Assembly (NCBI GenBank): GCA_963717505.1
Contig: OY970342.1
Location: 1,216,001-1,280,000, forward strand
DNA length: 64,000 bases
Direction of reading: 5' to 3'
From: Candidatus Eiseniibacteriota bacterium
GTDB lineage: Bacteria; Eisenbacteria; RBG-16-71-46
This document shows positions 35,666 through 45,421 of the stretch, piece by piece (position 1 is the first letter of the stretch; every line of letters begins with the position of its first letter). The notes beneath the pieces were generated by a model, which saw only the letters and a list, made by a program, of their open reading frames with translations, was not told the DNA's origin and did no database searches. A program made the translations under genes and the position numbers.

Positions 35666-35908
35666 CTATTCGATTAGCACGAAGGCGCAGATCGCCTCGG
35701 CCCCGCCCTGAAACGACGGGTCGTGGGCCGCGAGAATTCGAGCAAACGCACACACCTTGTGCGCCCAGCGGGAGGACCAATCCGGCTGCGGGTCGATCAC
35801 AACCGGGCGCTCGGGCGCGGCGTGGCTCTCGGCCCGCACCGTGCCCGGGGTCAGGAGGATCAAGGCGAGTCCCACGACGCCGACCGCACGGCGAAAGGAT
35901 GTGGACAT
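35666..35908 (-). CDS. small secreted two-Cys peptide (array ORF4, 80 aa)
   Basis: GAGG RBS; signal ending TVRA; core VCAF..GGAEAICAFVLIE. Confidence 0.7.
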   Translation of the reverse strand: MSTSFRRAVGVVGLALILLTPGTVRAESHAAPERPVVIDPQPDWSSRWAHKVCAFARILAAHDPSFQGGAEAICAFVLIE

Positions 35909-35933
35909 GGACGTGCCTCAGGGGGGCGAGGGA

Positions 35934-36059
35934 TCAGATGTCGTTGGCGATGATGAACGCGCACAGCATGGCGCCACCCCAGCGATCGATCAGGCTGCCG
36001 ATCGACAGGCCATAGGCGCAGACCACCACGCCACACCAGGAAGCCAGGACTTCGTTCAT
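35934..36059 (-). CDS. small leaderless Cys-containing peptide (array ORF3, 41 aa)
   Basis: GAGG RBS, ATG 36059; MNEVLASWCGVVVCAYGLSIGSLIDRWGGAMLCAFIIANDI. Confidence 0.6.
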   Translation of the reverse strand: MNEVLASWCGVVVCAYGLSIGSLIDRWGGAMLCAFIIANDI

Positions 36060-36094
36060 TGGGTCCTCGAGCGCGGGGGCGGGTCCAAGTCGAA

Positions 36095-36373
36095 TCAGCG
36101 TCCGGGGGAGAAATAGTCTTCGAGGTCGACGTGAATCGCGTAGAGACACGCTCCCAACGCGAGCCCGCCGACGCCGGGAACCTCCCAGGCGATCTTCCAA
36201 CTAACTCGGCACACGGCCCAGGACAAGCGGGTTTCGTTGCGCCGGGCTGCCTCGGCATCGGTGGTCGCCGAAGAGCTGTCGGGAGTTTCGGGCGCGGAAT
36301 CGGCGGACCCCACGCGTGCGAACGGCAGCGCGAGCAGGCCCGCGAGGATCAGGGGGGCGAGACGGCGAACCAT
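36095..36373 (-). CDS. small secreted two-Cys peptide (array ORF2, 92 aa)
   Basis: GGAG RBS; signal MVRRLAPLILAGLLALPFA; core VC..PGVGGLALGACL..HV. Confidence 0.7.
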   Translation of the reverse strand: MVRRLAPLILAGLLALPFARVGSADSAPETPDSSSATTDAEAARRNETRLSWAVCRVSWKIAWEVPGVGGLALGACLYAIHVDLEDYFSPGR

Positions 36374-36412
36374 GTGGGGCTCCATCCCGGGGGACGACGG
36401 CGGGGGCGTGAC

Positions 36413-36541
36413 TCAGAGATTGTCGAGGGCTTCCAGTACGTGAAGCACCAGGCACGCGAGACCACTCGCGGCGCCGACGATCGGGATCCAGCGAAGCGGG
36501 CTTTCGAGGCTGCAGAGGGCGGCGATGGCCCCGTTGAACAT
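36413..36541 (-). CDS. small leaderless two-Cys peptide (array ORF1, 42 aa; not in the ORF track)
   Basis: GGAGGT RBS; MFNGAIAALCSLESPLRWIPIVGAASGLACLVLHVLEALDNL, translated by hand. Confidence 0.65.
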   Translation of the reverse strand: MFNGAIAALCSLESPLRWIPIVGAASGLACLVLHVLEALDNL

Positions 36542-36740
36542 GACGATACCTCCGGGGGATGGGTCACCGGGGGCGGTGTCGACCGGCGGGCGGGATGTCC
36601 GTGGGTCGACGTCACCGGCGGGGCAAGTCGGGGTGACGGCGCCGCTACCGGTTGGAGTCGCCGCTACAGCACGGCGCGTGCCGGGCGAGCCAACTCGATG
36701 GGGGCAATTCCCGCCGCGATCGAGCCCGACCCAGGAAGGC

Positions 36741-37505
36741 TCAGCGCGTGTCGCCGTTCCCGCGCACGCGATCCCACAGGATTTTCAGCGGATCGTAGAA
36801 CCGATCCACCACCCGCTCCTTGAGCGGGATGATCGCGTTGTCGGTGATGTGAATGCTCTCGGGGCAGACCTCGGTGCAGCACTTGGTGATGTTGCACAGG
36901 CCGAGGCCACCTTCGTCGCGCACGAACTTCAGCCGATCGGCGCCGTCGATGGGGTGCATCTCGAGCCCGGCGATGCGCACGAAGAAGCGAGGTCCGGCGA
37001 ACTGGTGCTTGAGTTCGTGGCTGCGCAGCACGTGACACACGTTCTGGCACAGGAAGCACTCGATGCACTTGCGGAATTCCTGGGCGCGGTCGACGTCTTT
37101 CTGCTCCCAGCGCCACTCGGCGCCGGCGCGCGGCGTGAACGGCTGAATGCGCTGGTTGACCTCGTAGTTCCACGACACGTCGGTCACCAGGTCCTTGATG
37201 ATCGGGAAGGTCTTCATCGGCCGCACCGCCACCGGCTGGTCGTGCGGCATGTGGTCGAGCCTGGACTTGCACATCAGCGCCGGCTTGCCGTTGACCTCGG
37301 CGCTGCACGAGCCGCACTTGGCCGCCTTGCAGTTCCAGCGCACCGCGAGATCCGGGGCCTTGTGCCCCTGAATCCAGTGAATCGCGTCGAGCACGACCAT
37401 TCCGGGCTCGACCGGCACGTCGTAGCTCTCCATGTGGCCGCCGGAGGCGTCGCCGCGAAACACCTGCATCTGGATCTTCCGGTTCGCCGTCGCAGTGTCG
37501 CTCAT
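36741..37505 (-). CDS. sdhB: succinate dehydrogenase/fumarate reductase Fe-S subunit
   Basis: CKAAKCGSC, CIECFLCQNVC, CNITKCCTEVCP. Confidence 0.93.
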   Translation of the reverse strand: MSDTATANRKIQMQVFRGDASGGHMESYDVPVEPGMVVLDAIHWIQGHKAPDLAVRWNCKAAKCGSCSAEVNGKPALMCKSRLDHMPHDQPVAVRPMKTFPIIKDLVTDVSWNYEVNQRIQPFTPRAGAEWRWEQKDVDRAQEFRKCIECFLCQNVCHVLRSHELKHQFAGPRFFVRIAGLEMHPIDGADRLKFVRDEGGLGLCNITKCCTEVCPESIHITDNAIIPLKERVVDRFYDPLKILWDRVRGNGDTR

Positions 37506-39322
37506 CCGACCTTCTCCTTGGCGGGCTCGAACAGAACTTTCAGCTCCTCGGGCATCACGGGCAGCGGCGTCGGCCCAACATTCATCCCGGCACCACTCAG
37601 CCGCGCGCACATGTTCACCGTCGAGAACTCGGCGCTCGGTTTGGGGAAGTCGAGGCGTGAATGCGCACCGCGGCTCTCCTTGCGAAGCAACGCGCTGCGA
37701 GCGATGACTTCGGACACCGTGATCAGACGCAGCAGGTCGCGGCTCATGTGCCAGCCCGGGTGGAAGACCCGCGAGCCCTCGACACGCACCGTCTGCGCCC
37801 GGCGCTTGATCTCGGCCAGCTCGCCGATCACCGCCTCGAGGTCGGATTGTATCCGGAAGATCCCGACTCGGGTCTGCATGGTCTTCTGCAGGTCGCGGTG
37901 CACCGCGTACGGGCTCTCGCCCTGCGCGCGCTCGAACGGCGCCAGCATCAGGCGGATCTCGTCGTGGACTTCGGGCTCGCTGACGCTCGGTGCGGAGGCG
38001 AGTCCCTTGGCGTACTGCGCGGCCGCGAGCCCGGCCCGGCGGCCGAACACGATCAGGTCCGACAGCGAGTTCCCTCCCAGACGATTGGCGCCGTGCAATC
38101 CGGCGGCGACTTCGCCGGCGGCGTAGAGACCGGGCACGGTCGCCGCCGCGGTGTCGGGCTCGACCCGAATGCCACCCATCATGTAGTGCATGGTCGGGCC
38201 GACTTCCATCGGCTGCTTGGTGATGTCGACGTCGGCCAGCTCCATGAACTGGTGGTACATCGACGGCAGCTTCTTCTGCACGCGGTCGGACGGCATGTAG
38301 CTGATGTCGAGGTAGGCACCACCGTGCGGCGTGCCACGACCTTCCTTGACCTCGGTGTAGATCGCACGCGCGACGTTGTCGCGGGTCGAAAGCTCGGGCG
38401 GGCGGCGTGCTTCCGTCTGGCGTCCGGCAACCGCGGCCTCGACCCAGGCGCGCGCTTCGGCCTCGTCTTCGGCGTACTCGTGCTTGCGCTCCTCGGGCAG
38501 GTACTTCCACATGAAGCGCTCGCCCTTCTGGTTGCGCAGGATGCCGCCCTCGCCGCGCACACCCTCGGTGACCAGGATGCCCATGACGCCCGGCGGCCAC
38601 ACCATGCCGGTCGGGTGGAACTGGACGAACTCCATGTCGATCAGCTCGGCGCCCGACTCGAACGCCAGCGACTGCCCGTCGCCGGTGTATTCCCACGAGT
38701 TGGAGGTGATCTGGAATGCCTTGCCGACGCCGCCGGTGGCGAGCACAATCGCTCTTGCTCGGAACAGCACGAACGTGCCGGTGGCGCGCCAGTAGCCGAC
38801 CGCACCCGCGATTCGCCCGCCGTCGAGGAACAGCCGCGTGATCGCGCACTCCATGTAGGTCTGAATGCCCTGATGTACGGCACGGTCCTGCAACGTGCGG
38901 ATCATCTCGAGCCCGGTGCGATCGCCGACGTGCGCCAGACGCTTCCAGGTGTGACCGCCGAACGCGCGCTGGAGAATCTTGCCGTCCTCGGTGCGATCGA
39001 ACAGCGCGCCCCAGTGCTCGAGCTCGCGAACGCGATCAGGTGCTTCCATCGCGTGGAGCTGCGCCATGCGCCAGTGATTGAGGAACGACCCGCCCTTCAT
39101 GGTGTCGCGGAAGTGAGTCTGCCAATCATCCTGGGGATCGACGTGGGCCAGTGCCGCAGCGACCCCGCCCTCGGCCATCACCGTGTGCGCCTTGCCGAGC
39201 AGCGATTTGGTCACGAGTCCGACCGAAGCACCTTGGGCCGCGGCCTCGATCGCGGCGCGCAGCCCGGCGCCGCCGGCGCCGATCACCAGAACGTCGTGTT
39301 CGTGGACTTCGTACTTCTCCAT
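37502..39322 (-). CDS. sdhA: succinate dehydrogenase/fumarate reductase flavoprotein
   Basis: GAGGAG, AHTVMAEGG, QFHPTG, HGANRLGGNSL, ESRGAH. Confidence 0.95.
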   Translation of the reverse strand: MEKYEVHEHDVLVIGAGGAGLRAAIEAAAQGASVGLVTKSLLGKAHTVMAEGGVAAALAHVDPQDDWQTHFRDTMKGGSFLNHWRMAQLHAMEAPDRVRELEHWGALFDRTEDGKILQRAFGGHTWKRLAHVGDRTGLEMIRTLQDRAVHQGIQTYMECAITRLFLDGGRIAGAVGYWRATGTFVLFRARAIVLATGGVGKAFQITSNSWEYTGDGQSLAFESGAELIDMEFVQFHPTGMVWPPGVMGILVTEGVRGEGGILRNQKGERFMWKYLPEERKHEYAEDEAEARAWVEAAVAGRQTEARRPPELSTRDNVARAIYTEVKEGRGTPHGGAYLDISYMPSDRVQKKLPSMYHQFMELADVDITKQPMEVGPTMHYMMGGIRVEPDTAAATVPGLYAAGEVAAGLHGANRLGGNSLSDLIVFGRRAGLAAAQYAKGLASAPSVSEPEVHDEIRLMLAPFERAQGESPYAVHRDLQKTMQTRVGIFRIQSDLEAVIGELAEIKRRAQTVRVEGSRVFHPGWHMSRDLLRLITVSEVIARSALLRKESRGAHSRLDFPKPSAEFSTVNMCARLSGAGMNVGPTPLPVMPEELKVLFEPAKEKVG

Positions 39323-39346
39323 GCGCCGAGTCCCTGTCGCCCGTGC

Positions 39347-40249
39347 CTAGAGCCCGAGTGGCGTTGAAGTGGTGAACAGATCGAACGGGAAGATCACCCA
39401 GTCCTGAATGACTCCCATCGAGCACAGGCGAACGTAGAGATCGGCGAAGCAGACGCCGCCGAGACTCCACCATGCCCAGCCCATGTGGTGCTCGTTGAGG
39501 GCACTGACCACGCTCCAGGTCTTGTGGCGTGGCCCGCCGGCCGCGACGCACGAGAAGCAGTCGAGCTTCCCGCCGATCAGGTGGCGCAGCGAGTGGCACG
39601 ACAGCGTGTACATGGTCAGGAGCCCAGTGCTCGCCAGGATCGCCAGCGTGCCGCCGCCGATGCCGAAGCGCGTGCCGGTCGGGGTCACGAAGATTGCGGC
39701 TTTGATCACGTCCCACCACAGAATGACGAGGATGATGAGCGCCGCATAGAGGAAGTAGCGGTGCACGTTCTGCAGGATGAACGGGAACTTGGTCTCGCCG
39801 CAGTAGTCCTGCGGCCGCTCGCCAACCGCGCAGGCGACCGGGTCGGCGAAGAACGACCGGTAGTAGGCCTTGCGGTAGTAGTAGCAGGTGGTGCGGAAGC
39901 CGAGCGGGAAGATCAGGATCAGGAGCGCCGGCGAGAACCACTGCGGCAGCCACGACGGGCGGATGTAGGGCGAGAAGAACGGCGACAAATAGTGTCGGCC
40001 GTTTTCGAGGTAATGGTGGTGGCCCTCGCCGAGGATCGCGGCGTAGTTGGCGTAGCCGATCAGGAGTACCAGCCCGGTGGCCTGGAGAACCGGGATCAGC
40101 CACCAGAGGTCGGTGCGGTCGGTCTGGCCGAAGGATTCCTGGGCACCGCGGCCAGGGTGGGCGCCCTTGGGCGTTGCGCCGGTTGTGCTTGGCCCACGCA
40201 TTGAGCCGGCGGCAGCACCTCCCGACCAGCGACGATCGCGATCAGCCAT
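39347..40249 (-). CDS. Sdh1-type (Rv0249c-like) membrane anchor subunit
   Basis: FRTTCYYYRKAYYRSFF, QNVHRYF, SCHSLRH, HMGWAWWSL; first gene of the operon. Confidence 0.85.
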   Translation of the reverse strand: MADRDRRWSGGAAAGSMRGPSTTGATPKGAHPGRGAQESFGQTDRTDLWWLIPVLQATGLVLLIGYANYAAILGEGHHHYLENGRHYLSPFFSPYIRPSWLPQWFSPALLILIFPLGFRTTCYYYRKAYYRSFFADPVACAVGERPQDYCGETKFPFILQNVHRYFLYAALIILVILWWDVIKAAIFVTPTGTRFGIGGGTLAILASTGLLTMYTLSCHSLRHLIGGKLDCFSCVAAGGPRHKTWSVVSALNEHHMGWAWWSLGGVCFADLYVRLCSMGVIQDWVIFPFDLFTTSTPLGL

Positions 40250-40378
40250 GTGCGCTCTCCGGTTTTTCGACGGCGAAGGTCACACGAGGGAAACCGACCT
40301 CGGACCATACCACCGGGTTTGTGGAGGCCAAAGTCGCGCACACTCCGCGACGGTCCGCTACTCGGCTTCGCCGCCCCG

Positions 40379-41470
40379 TTAGCGCACGAACACTCGCGCC
40401 AGTCCGTAAGCCACCAGCGCCAGGAACACCCACTGCGCGGCACCCGCGGCGAGCGGCCTCACCCCCGCCGCCCGCAGCTCGCCGAAGCGAATCTGCAGTC
40501 CGACTCCCGCCATGCCGACGCACAAGAGCCAAAGATCCGCGCGCTGGATGAACGCGACCCACTCCTTGGGAATCACTCCCAGCGAGTTGATCGCCGTGAA
40601 GATCACGAACGCGGCCAGGAACCACGGCGCCGGGCTCACGTGTGCCGTGCCGGCCGCGACGTGGCGGCGGCGCAGCATCCAGCCGAGGTAGAGGACCACC
40701 GGGGCCAACAACGCGATCCGCGCGAGTTTGACCACGGTCGCGACGCGCGCGGCTTCGTCGCTGACGCCGAAGCCGGCCGCCACCACCTGCGCCATCTCGT
40801 GCAGCGTGGCGCCGTCCCACACGCCGAAGAAGAAGTCGGTCATGCCGAGGGCCGCGGCGATCAGCGGGTAGACCAGAATCCCGATGGTGCCGAGCAGCGT
40901 GATCACGCCGAGCGAGATTGCGGCGTCGCGTTTCTCGCCCTGGACGACTGAATCCGCGGCGACCACGGCCGAGGCGCCGCAGATGGCGCCACCGACCCCG
41001 AGGAGCAGGCCCATTTTTTCGGGTATCCCAAATCGGCGTGACACCCACCAGCCGAAGAACAGCGCGGCGAAGGTCGAGAGCACGACCACGCCGAGTGCCG
41101 GGCCGCCGATCCGCACCAGCTCACCGAGGCTCAGGCGAAATCCGAGTCCGGCGACCGCCCAACGCAGCAAAGGTCGTTGCGCGAGCCTCAGTCCCGGCTC
41201 GAGCGCCGGCGGCAGGCGCACCGTCGAGCCCACGATCATTCCCAGCACGATCACGAGCAACAGCGCGCTCAGGTGCAGCGTGTCCTTGATCCACGGCTGA
41301 TCGGCGAGCAGGAAAGCGGCGGTCGCAAGCACGACGCACGCGGCCAGCCCGGGAATGATTCGGCGCCACTCCGCGACGGGCGGGGTGGCGCCGGAAGACT
41401 TGGTTGCGCCGGTCGACAATGATGAGCCGGCGGAGGGCGCTTCGCCGGGCGACGTCGATGCGGCGCTCAC
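40379..41470 (-). CDS. YeiH/putative sulfate exporter family membrane protein
   Basis: ICGASAVVA, GATLHEMAQVVAAG, VKLARI. Confidence 0.9.
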   Translation of the reverse strand: MSAASTSPGEAPSAGSSLSTGATKSSGATPPVAEWRRIIPGLAACVVLATAAFLLADQPWIKDTLHLSALLLVIVLGMIVGSTVRLPPALEPGLRLAQRPLLRWAVAGLGFRLSLGELVRIGGPALGVVVLSTFAALFFGWWVSRRFGIPEKMGLLLGVGGAICGASAVVAADSVVQGEKRDAAISLGVITLLGTIGILVYPLIAAALGMTDFFFGVWDGATLHEMAQVVAAGFGVSDEAARVATVVKLARIALLAPVVLYLGWMLRRRHVAAGTAHVSPAPWFLAAFVIFTAINSLGVIPKEWVAFIQRADLWLLCVGMAGVGLQIRFGELRAAGVRPLAAGAAQWVFLALVAYGLARVFVR

Positions 41471-42045
41471 GCCGTGTACGCCAGCTCCTTGTATTTGCGC
41501 AGGTAGGTGCCGTCGGTCATCGGCTCGAAGATGTGGCAGTGGGTCATCTCGCCGCCGTAGACGTGGAGCGTGATCGACGGGCTCGCGATCGGATTGGCGA
41601 TCGTGTGGTACTCGAACGGTGGGATCAGGGCGCCGGCCTCACCGGGACCCGCCCGCACCACGGTCTCCCGCTCGAACTTGACGCAGTCCTTCTCGGGATC
41701 GCCGCCGCGTACCGAGTACGACGTGACCTCGATCGTGCCGCGGTACACGCACTCGACGCACCAGATGCCGGCGTGGTCGTGGAGCGGCGTCTTCTGGCCG
41801 ACGCCCCACACCATGACCAGCACGGTGTAGCGGCCCTGCGGATCCTTGTGCAAGAGCCGGCGCGCGTAGCGATCGGGTGCCGGCTCGAGGAAAGGCGCCG
41901 GGACGAACGAGCCGCCGCTCGCCACGACGTCTTCGAGGACTTTCTTCACGTTGCGACATCGGATGGCATCGTCGGCCACGGCGACCGCCAAATCGAGGCG
42001 GCGGATCAGCTCGTGGACCATCGAGGAATCGGTCTGTGTCGTCAT
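41467..42045 (-). CDS. cysteine dioxygenase family cupin
   Basis: YARRLL, TPLHDH, YHTIAN, TLHVY. Confidence 0.88.
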   Translation of the reverse strand: MTTQTDSSMVHELIRRLDLAVAVADDAIRCRNVKKVLEDVVASGGSFVPAPFLEPAPDRYARRLLHKDPQGRYTVLVMVWGVGQKTPLHDHAGIWCVECVYRGTIEVTSYSVRGGDPEKDCVKFERETVVRAGPGEAGALIPPFEYHTIANPIASPSITLHVYGGEMTHCHIFEPMTDGTYLRKYKELAYTA

Positions 42046-42083
42046 GGTCTGCTCCTCCGGTTGCCGCTATCGTAGCAGAGCCC

Positions 42084-43366
42084 ATGGAGCCCACGCAGCG
42101 GCAAACGCCGCCGGTCCTCGATCCTTCGGTGCGCGCTCTGGGCGTGGTCTCGATGCTCAACGACCTGGGCAGCGAGATGCTGATTCGTACGCTGCCGCTG
42201 TTCCTCGCGAACGTGCTCGGCGTACGTACCGGCATTATCGGCGTGATCGAAGGTCTGGCTGAGAGCGCCTCGACCCTGCTCCGGCCCGCGACCGGTGCGC
42301 TCGCCGACCGCTGGGGTCGGCGCAAGCCCCTGGCGGTCGCCGGTTACGCGCTGTCGGCGCTCAGTCGGCCGCTCCTGGCGTTTGCGACGTCGTGGGGCTG
42401 GGCCCTCGCCTACCGCGTGACGGATCGCATCGGCAAGGCCGTGCGCACGCCGGCGCGCGATGCGCTGATCGCCGACCTGACTCACGCCAGCCACCGCGGG
42501 CGCGCATTCGGTTTCAATCGCGCGCTCGACGAGGTCGGTGGCGTGGGCGGAATGTTGATCGCCGCGGCCATCGTGTTCGCGACTCAGCAGGGCTCGGCGC
42601 TGCTGACCGCGGCGACCTGGAAGTGGATCGTGGCGTTCGCGTCGATCCCGGGGTTCTTCGCGGTCCTGGTGATCGCGCGCTGGGTGCACGAAGCGCCGCA
42701 TCATGACGCGAGCGGCCAAGCCGCCCCTGGCGCCATCGGGACCAGCACGTCGCCTACGGGGGACTCCGGCAGGAATTCTGCGCGGCCGCACGTCCCGCTA
42801 TCGGCCCTCGGCCGACCGTTCGCAATCTATCTCGTGTTGCTCGTCGATCTTCTCGCTCGGCAACTCGAGCGACGCGTTTCTCATGTTGCGCGCGCAGAAC
42901 GTGGGTGTGCCGGTGGGCGCAATGTTTCTGGTGCTCGCGGGCTACAGCGCAATGACCGCGATCACCTCGATTCCCGGGCGGCGTGCTCTCCGATCGTTTC
43001 GGCCGCCGTCGTCTGATGGTGGTCGGGGCGTTGATCTACGCCGCCATCTACTTCGGCTTCGCATGGGCGACTACTGCCTGGCACATCGTGGTGCTCTACG
43101 TGGGTTACGGGCTCTACTACGGCGCCTTCCAGGGCGCGGCGATGGCGCTGGTCGCCGATCTCGTGCCGCGCGAACGTCGCGCCACCGCCTACGGCTTCGT
43201 CCACGCCGCAGTCGGCATCACCGCGTTCCCGGCGAGCGCCGTGGCCGGCGTCCTGTGGCAATGGCTGGGCCCGCCGGCGCCGTTCGTGTTCGGCGGCGCG
43301 CTGGCGCTCATCGCCGGCATCGGCTTTTCGATGCTGCCGGGCGCGGTAGAGCGATCCGTGCGGTAG
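42084..43366 (+). CDS. MFS transporter; frameshifts near 42846 and 42974
   Basis: LNDLGSEM, GALADRWGRRK, RTPARDALI; FSLGNSSDAF and SDRFGRRR in shifted frames. Confidence 0.85.
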
Positions 43367-43396
43367 AGTGACGCGTCACCGCCTGCGGAGGAAGCC

Positions 43397-44353
43397 ATGA
43401 AGTCCGCTCCACGACTCGCGACCGGCGCCGAGCCGGCGCCGCCCCGCCTCGAGCCGCTGCGCCGCGTGCTCGTGGCCACCGACTTCTCGAAGTCCGCACG
43501 CCGCGGCACCCAGCGCGCGGTGCGATTGCCGTTGGCACTCGGCGCCCGCATTCACGTCGTCCACGTGCTGCCGCCGCAGGATCGCCGTACCCGTCGGGTC
43601 GACGCCCTGCTCGAGGAGTACGCCGGCCGCGAGTTCCGTGCCCTGGTGCGCGAGATGGAGCGGGCCCTGCACCGCCAGGGGCGTACCGACGTTTCGGTCG
43701 AGAGCGAGGTCGCCTACGGCAGTGGATTCGTCGAGATCGTGCAGAGCGCGCTCGCGGTGCGCGCCGAGTTGATCGTGGTCGGGCGCATTGGCCGCCAGAA
43801 CTGGCGTCACCTGCTGATCGGGTCCACTGCTGAACGGGTGGTTTGGAGTAGTCCGATCCCGGTGCTGGTGACGCACGACAAAGAGCCGCGGCCCTACCGG
43901 CGGATCCTCGCAGCGCTCGACGGCACCCACGCCTCGCGTGCCGCCTTCCGCCTGGCGATTCGCCTGGGGGATGCCCAGCGCATGCGCGTGGAAGCCGTGC
44001 ACGCCGTGGACCTGAGCCTCCTGCTGGCGGTCCGGCGGGCGGGTGCCCCCGAGCGCCGCATTCGCGAGCTGGCCGACGGCGCGCGGCGCAAGACCCAGCT
44101 CTGGCTGGACGGCGTCGTCGACTCGGTGGGCGCCGATGCCGTCGACGTGCGACTGACCGTCGGCCACGGCCATCCGGTCGACGTCATCCAGAAGGCGATG
44201 GCGCAGCGCAAGCCCGACCTGGTGGTGCTCGGCACGCGCCGGCAGGGCGCCGTACGCCGCGCGTTGCTCGGCAGCGTCGCCGAGGCGATCGTGCGGCGGG
44301 CCAACTGTGACGTGCTGATCGCGCGCGAGCGCGCTACCGGGGGCTCGCGCTGA
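43397..44353 (+). CDS. tandem universal stress protein
   Basis: VLVATDFS..GSTAERV; ILAALDG..LLGSVAEAIVRRANCDVL. Confidence 0.92.
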   Translation: MKSAPRLATGAEPAPPRLEPLRRVLVATDFSKSARRGTQRAVRLPLALGARIHVVHVLPPQDRRTRRVDALLEEYAGREFRALVREMERALHRQGRTDVSVESEVAYGSGFVEIVQSALAVRAELIVVGRIGRQNWRHLLIGSTAERVVWSSPIPVLVTHDKEPRPYRRILAALDGTHASRAAFRLAIRLGDAQRMRVEAVHAVDLSLLLAVRRAGAPERRIRELADGARRKTQLWLDGVVDSVGADAVDVRLTVGHGHPVDVIQKAMAQRKPDLVVLGTRRQGAVRRALLGSVAEAIVRRANCDVLIARERATGGSR

Positions 44354-44357
44354 CGGC

Positions 44358-45148
44358 CTAGCGCTTCATCAGTTGGTCGTAGATGATCTGGTAGGACTTC
44401 GGACTGATCCCCAGGTCGCCGCGGAATGGGCGATCGAACGCGAGCACCACGAAGATCACCAGCGCCATGAAGGCGGCGAGCAGGACGACGAGGATGAGGT
44501 GCAGTCTCGGATCTTCGACGCGAAAGAAGCACGACGCGAGCAGTGCGATCACCGCGCCGCCGAGGATCACCGACCACATGGCGCCGGGGAGAGCGATGCG
44601 CACCGAGTCGAGCCGTATGCGACGCGATCTCGATCATCCGGTTGTAGGCGCGACAGGGTTTCGGCGTGCAGGATCTTCTGGCCTTCGGTGGCCGGCTCGA
44701 AATTGTGAGATCGCTTGAAGCTCGTCCAGCGCAGAACGACCGCGCCGCGCGGCAACCGCCCCGCCTGCTCTCGGGCCACGCTTCGCGGATCAGGTATCGA
44801 GGTGTAGTTCCTGCAGCGCGTCCCTGAGCGCAGTCTGGATCGGCGCCGGGTAGCTTCTGACGTCACGGTAGAGCGCCGCGATGGCCGTCGCTTCCTGCGA
44901 GACCACTTTCGAGTGTCCGAGTACGTTTGCCAGACGTTGACCGCGATCAGGGCGACCGCGAGCCCGTAAAACACCATGATCGCCTGGACGATGGCGCCGC
45001 TGAATTCCGAGTCCTCGGTCCGAATTCGGAGCGAGGCAGAACGAATCGGCGCACGATCAGGAGCCCGCCGGCGGCGAACAGTCGCCAGCGTGAGGATCAG
45101 AGCCGGTGCGGCGATCACCAGGGGGATGTCGAACAGGAAGTTGAACAC
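44358..45148 (-). pseudogene. DUF4239-like membrane protein with several frameshifts
   Basis: VFYGLAVALIAVNVWQ..FEPATEGQKILHAE..LAFDRPFRGDLGISP spread over different frames; may be assembly error. Confidence 0.7.
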
Positions 45149-45238
45149 GGGGGCAGGATGCAGTGGAAGTCCAGCCCGGATCAAGACGAAGTCAACGCTG
45201 GCCAAGGCTGGCTCCGGGCTCCTCGCCAACGGCACCGG

Positions 45239-45385
45239 TCAGGGGCGCCAGTCCACGGAGAGTCCGGTTGGCCAGTTCGGCTGCGTGATCACAACGCCCG
45301 TCAGGATCAGGACCCCCAGCAGCAAGACTCCGAATACGAGCCGAGCCGTGAGGTCCATGATTGCGTGATGGGTCGTTGCCGTCAT
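45239..45385 (-). CDS. 48-aa single-TM protein (not in the ORF track)
   Basis: GGAAGAGG RBS; MTATTHHAIMDLTARLVFGVLLLGVLILTGVVITQPNWPTGLSVDWRP. Confidence 0.5.
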   Translation of the reverse strand: MTATTHHAIMDLTARLVFGVLLLGVLILTGVVITQPNWPTGLSVDWRP

Positions 45386-45421
45386 CTGTGCCTCTTCCGC
45401 GGTCACTGGGCGTGTGTCGGA

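Noticed and set aside
44300-44400. Integrative element boundary for the right-hand island
   Set aside because: No tRNA, integrase or att repeat seen; the composition shift was judged by eye only.
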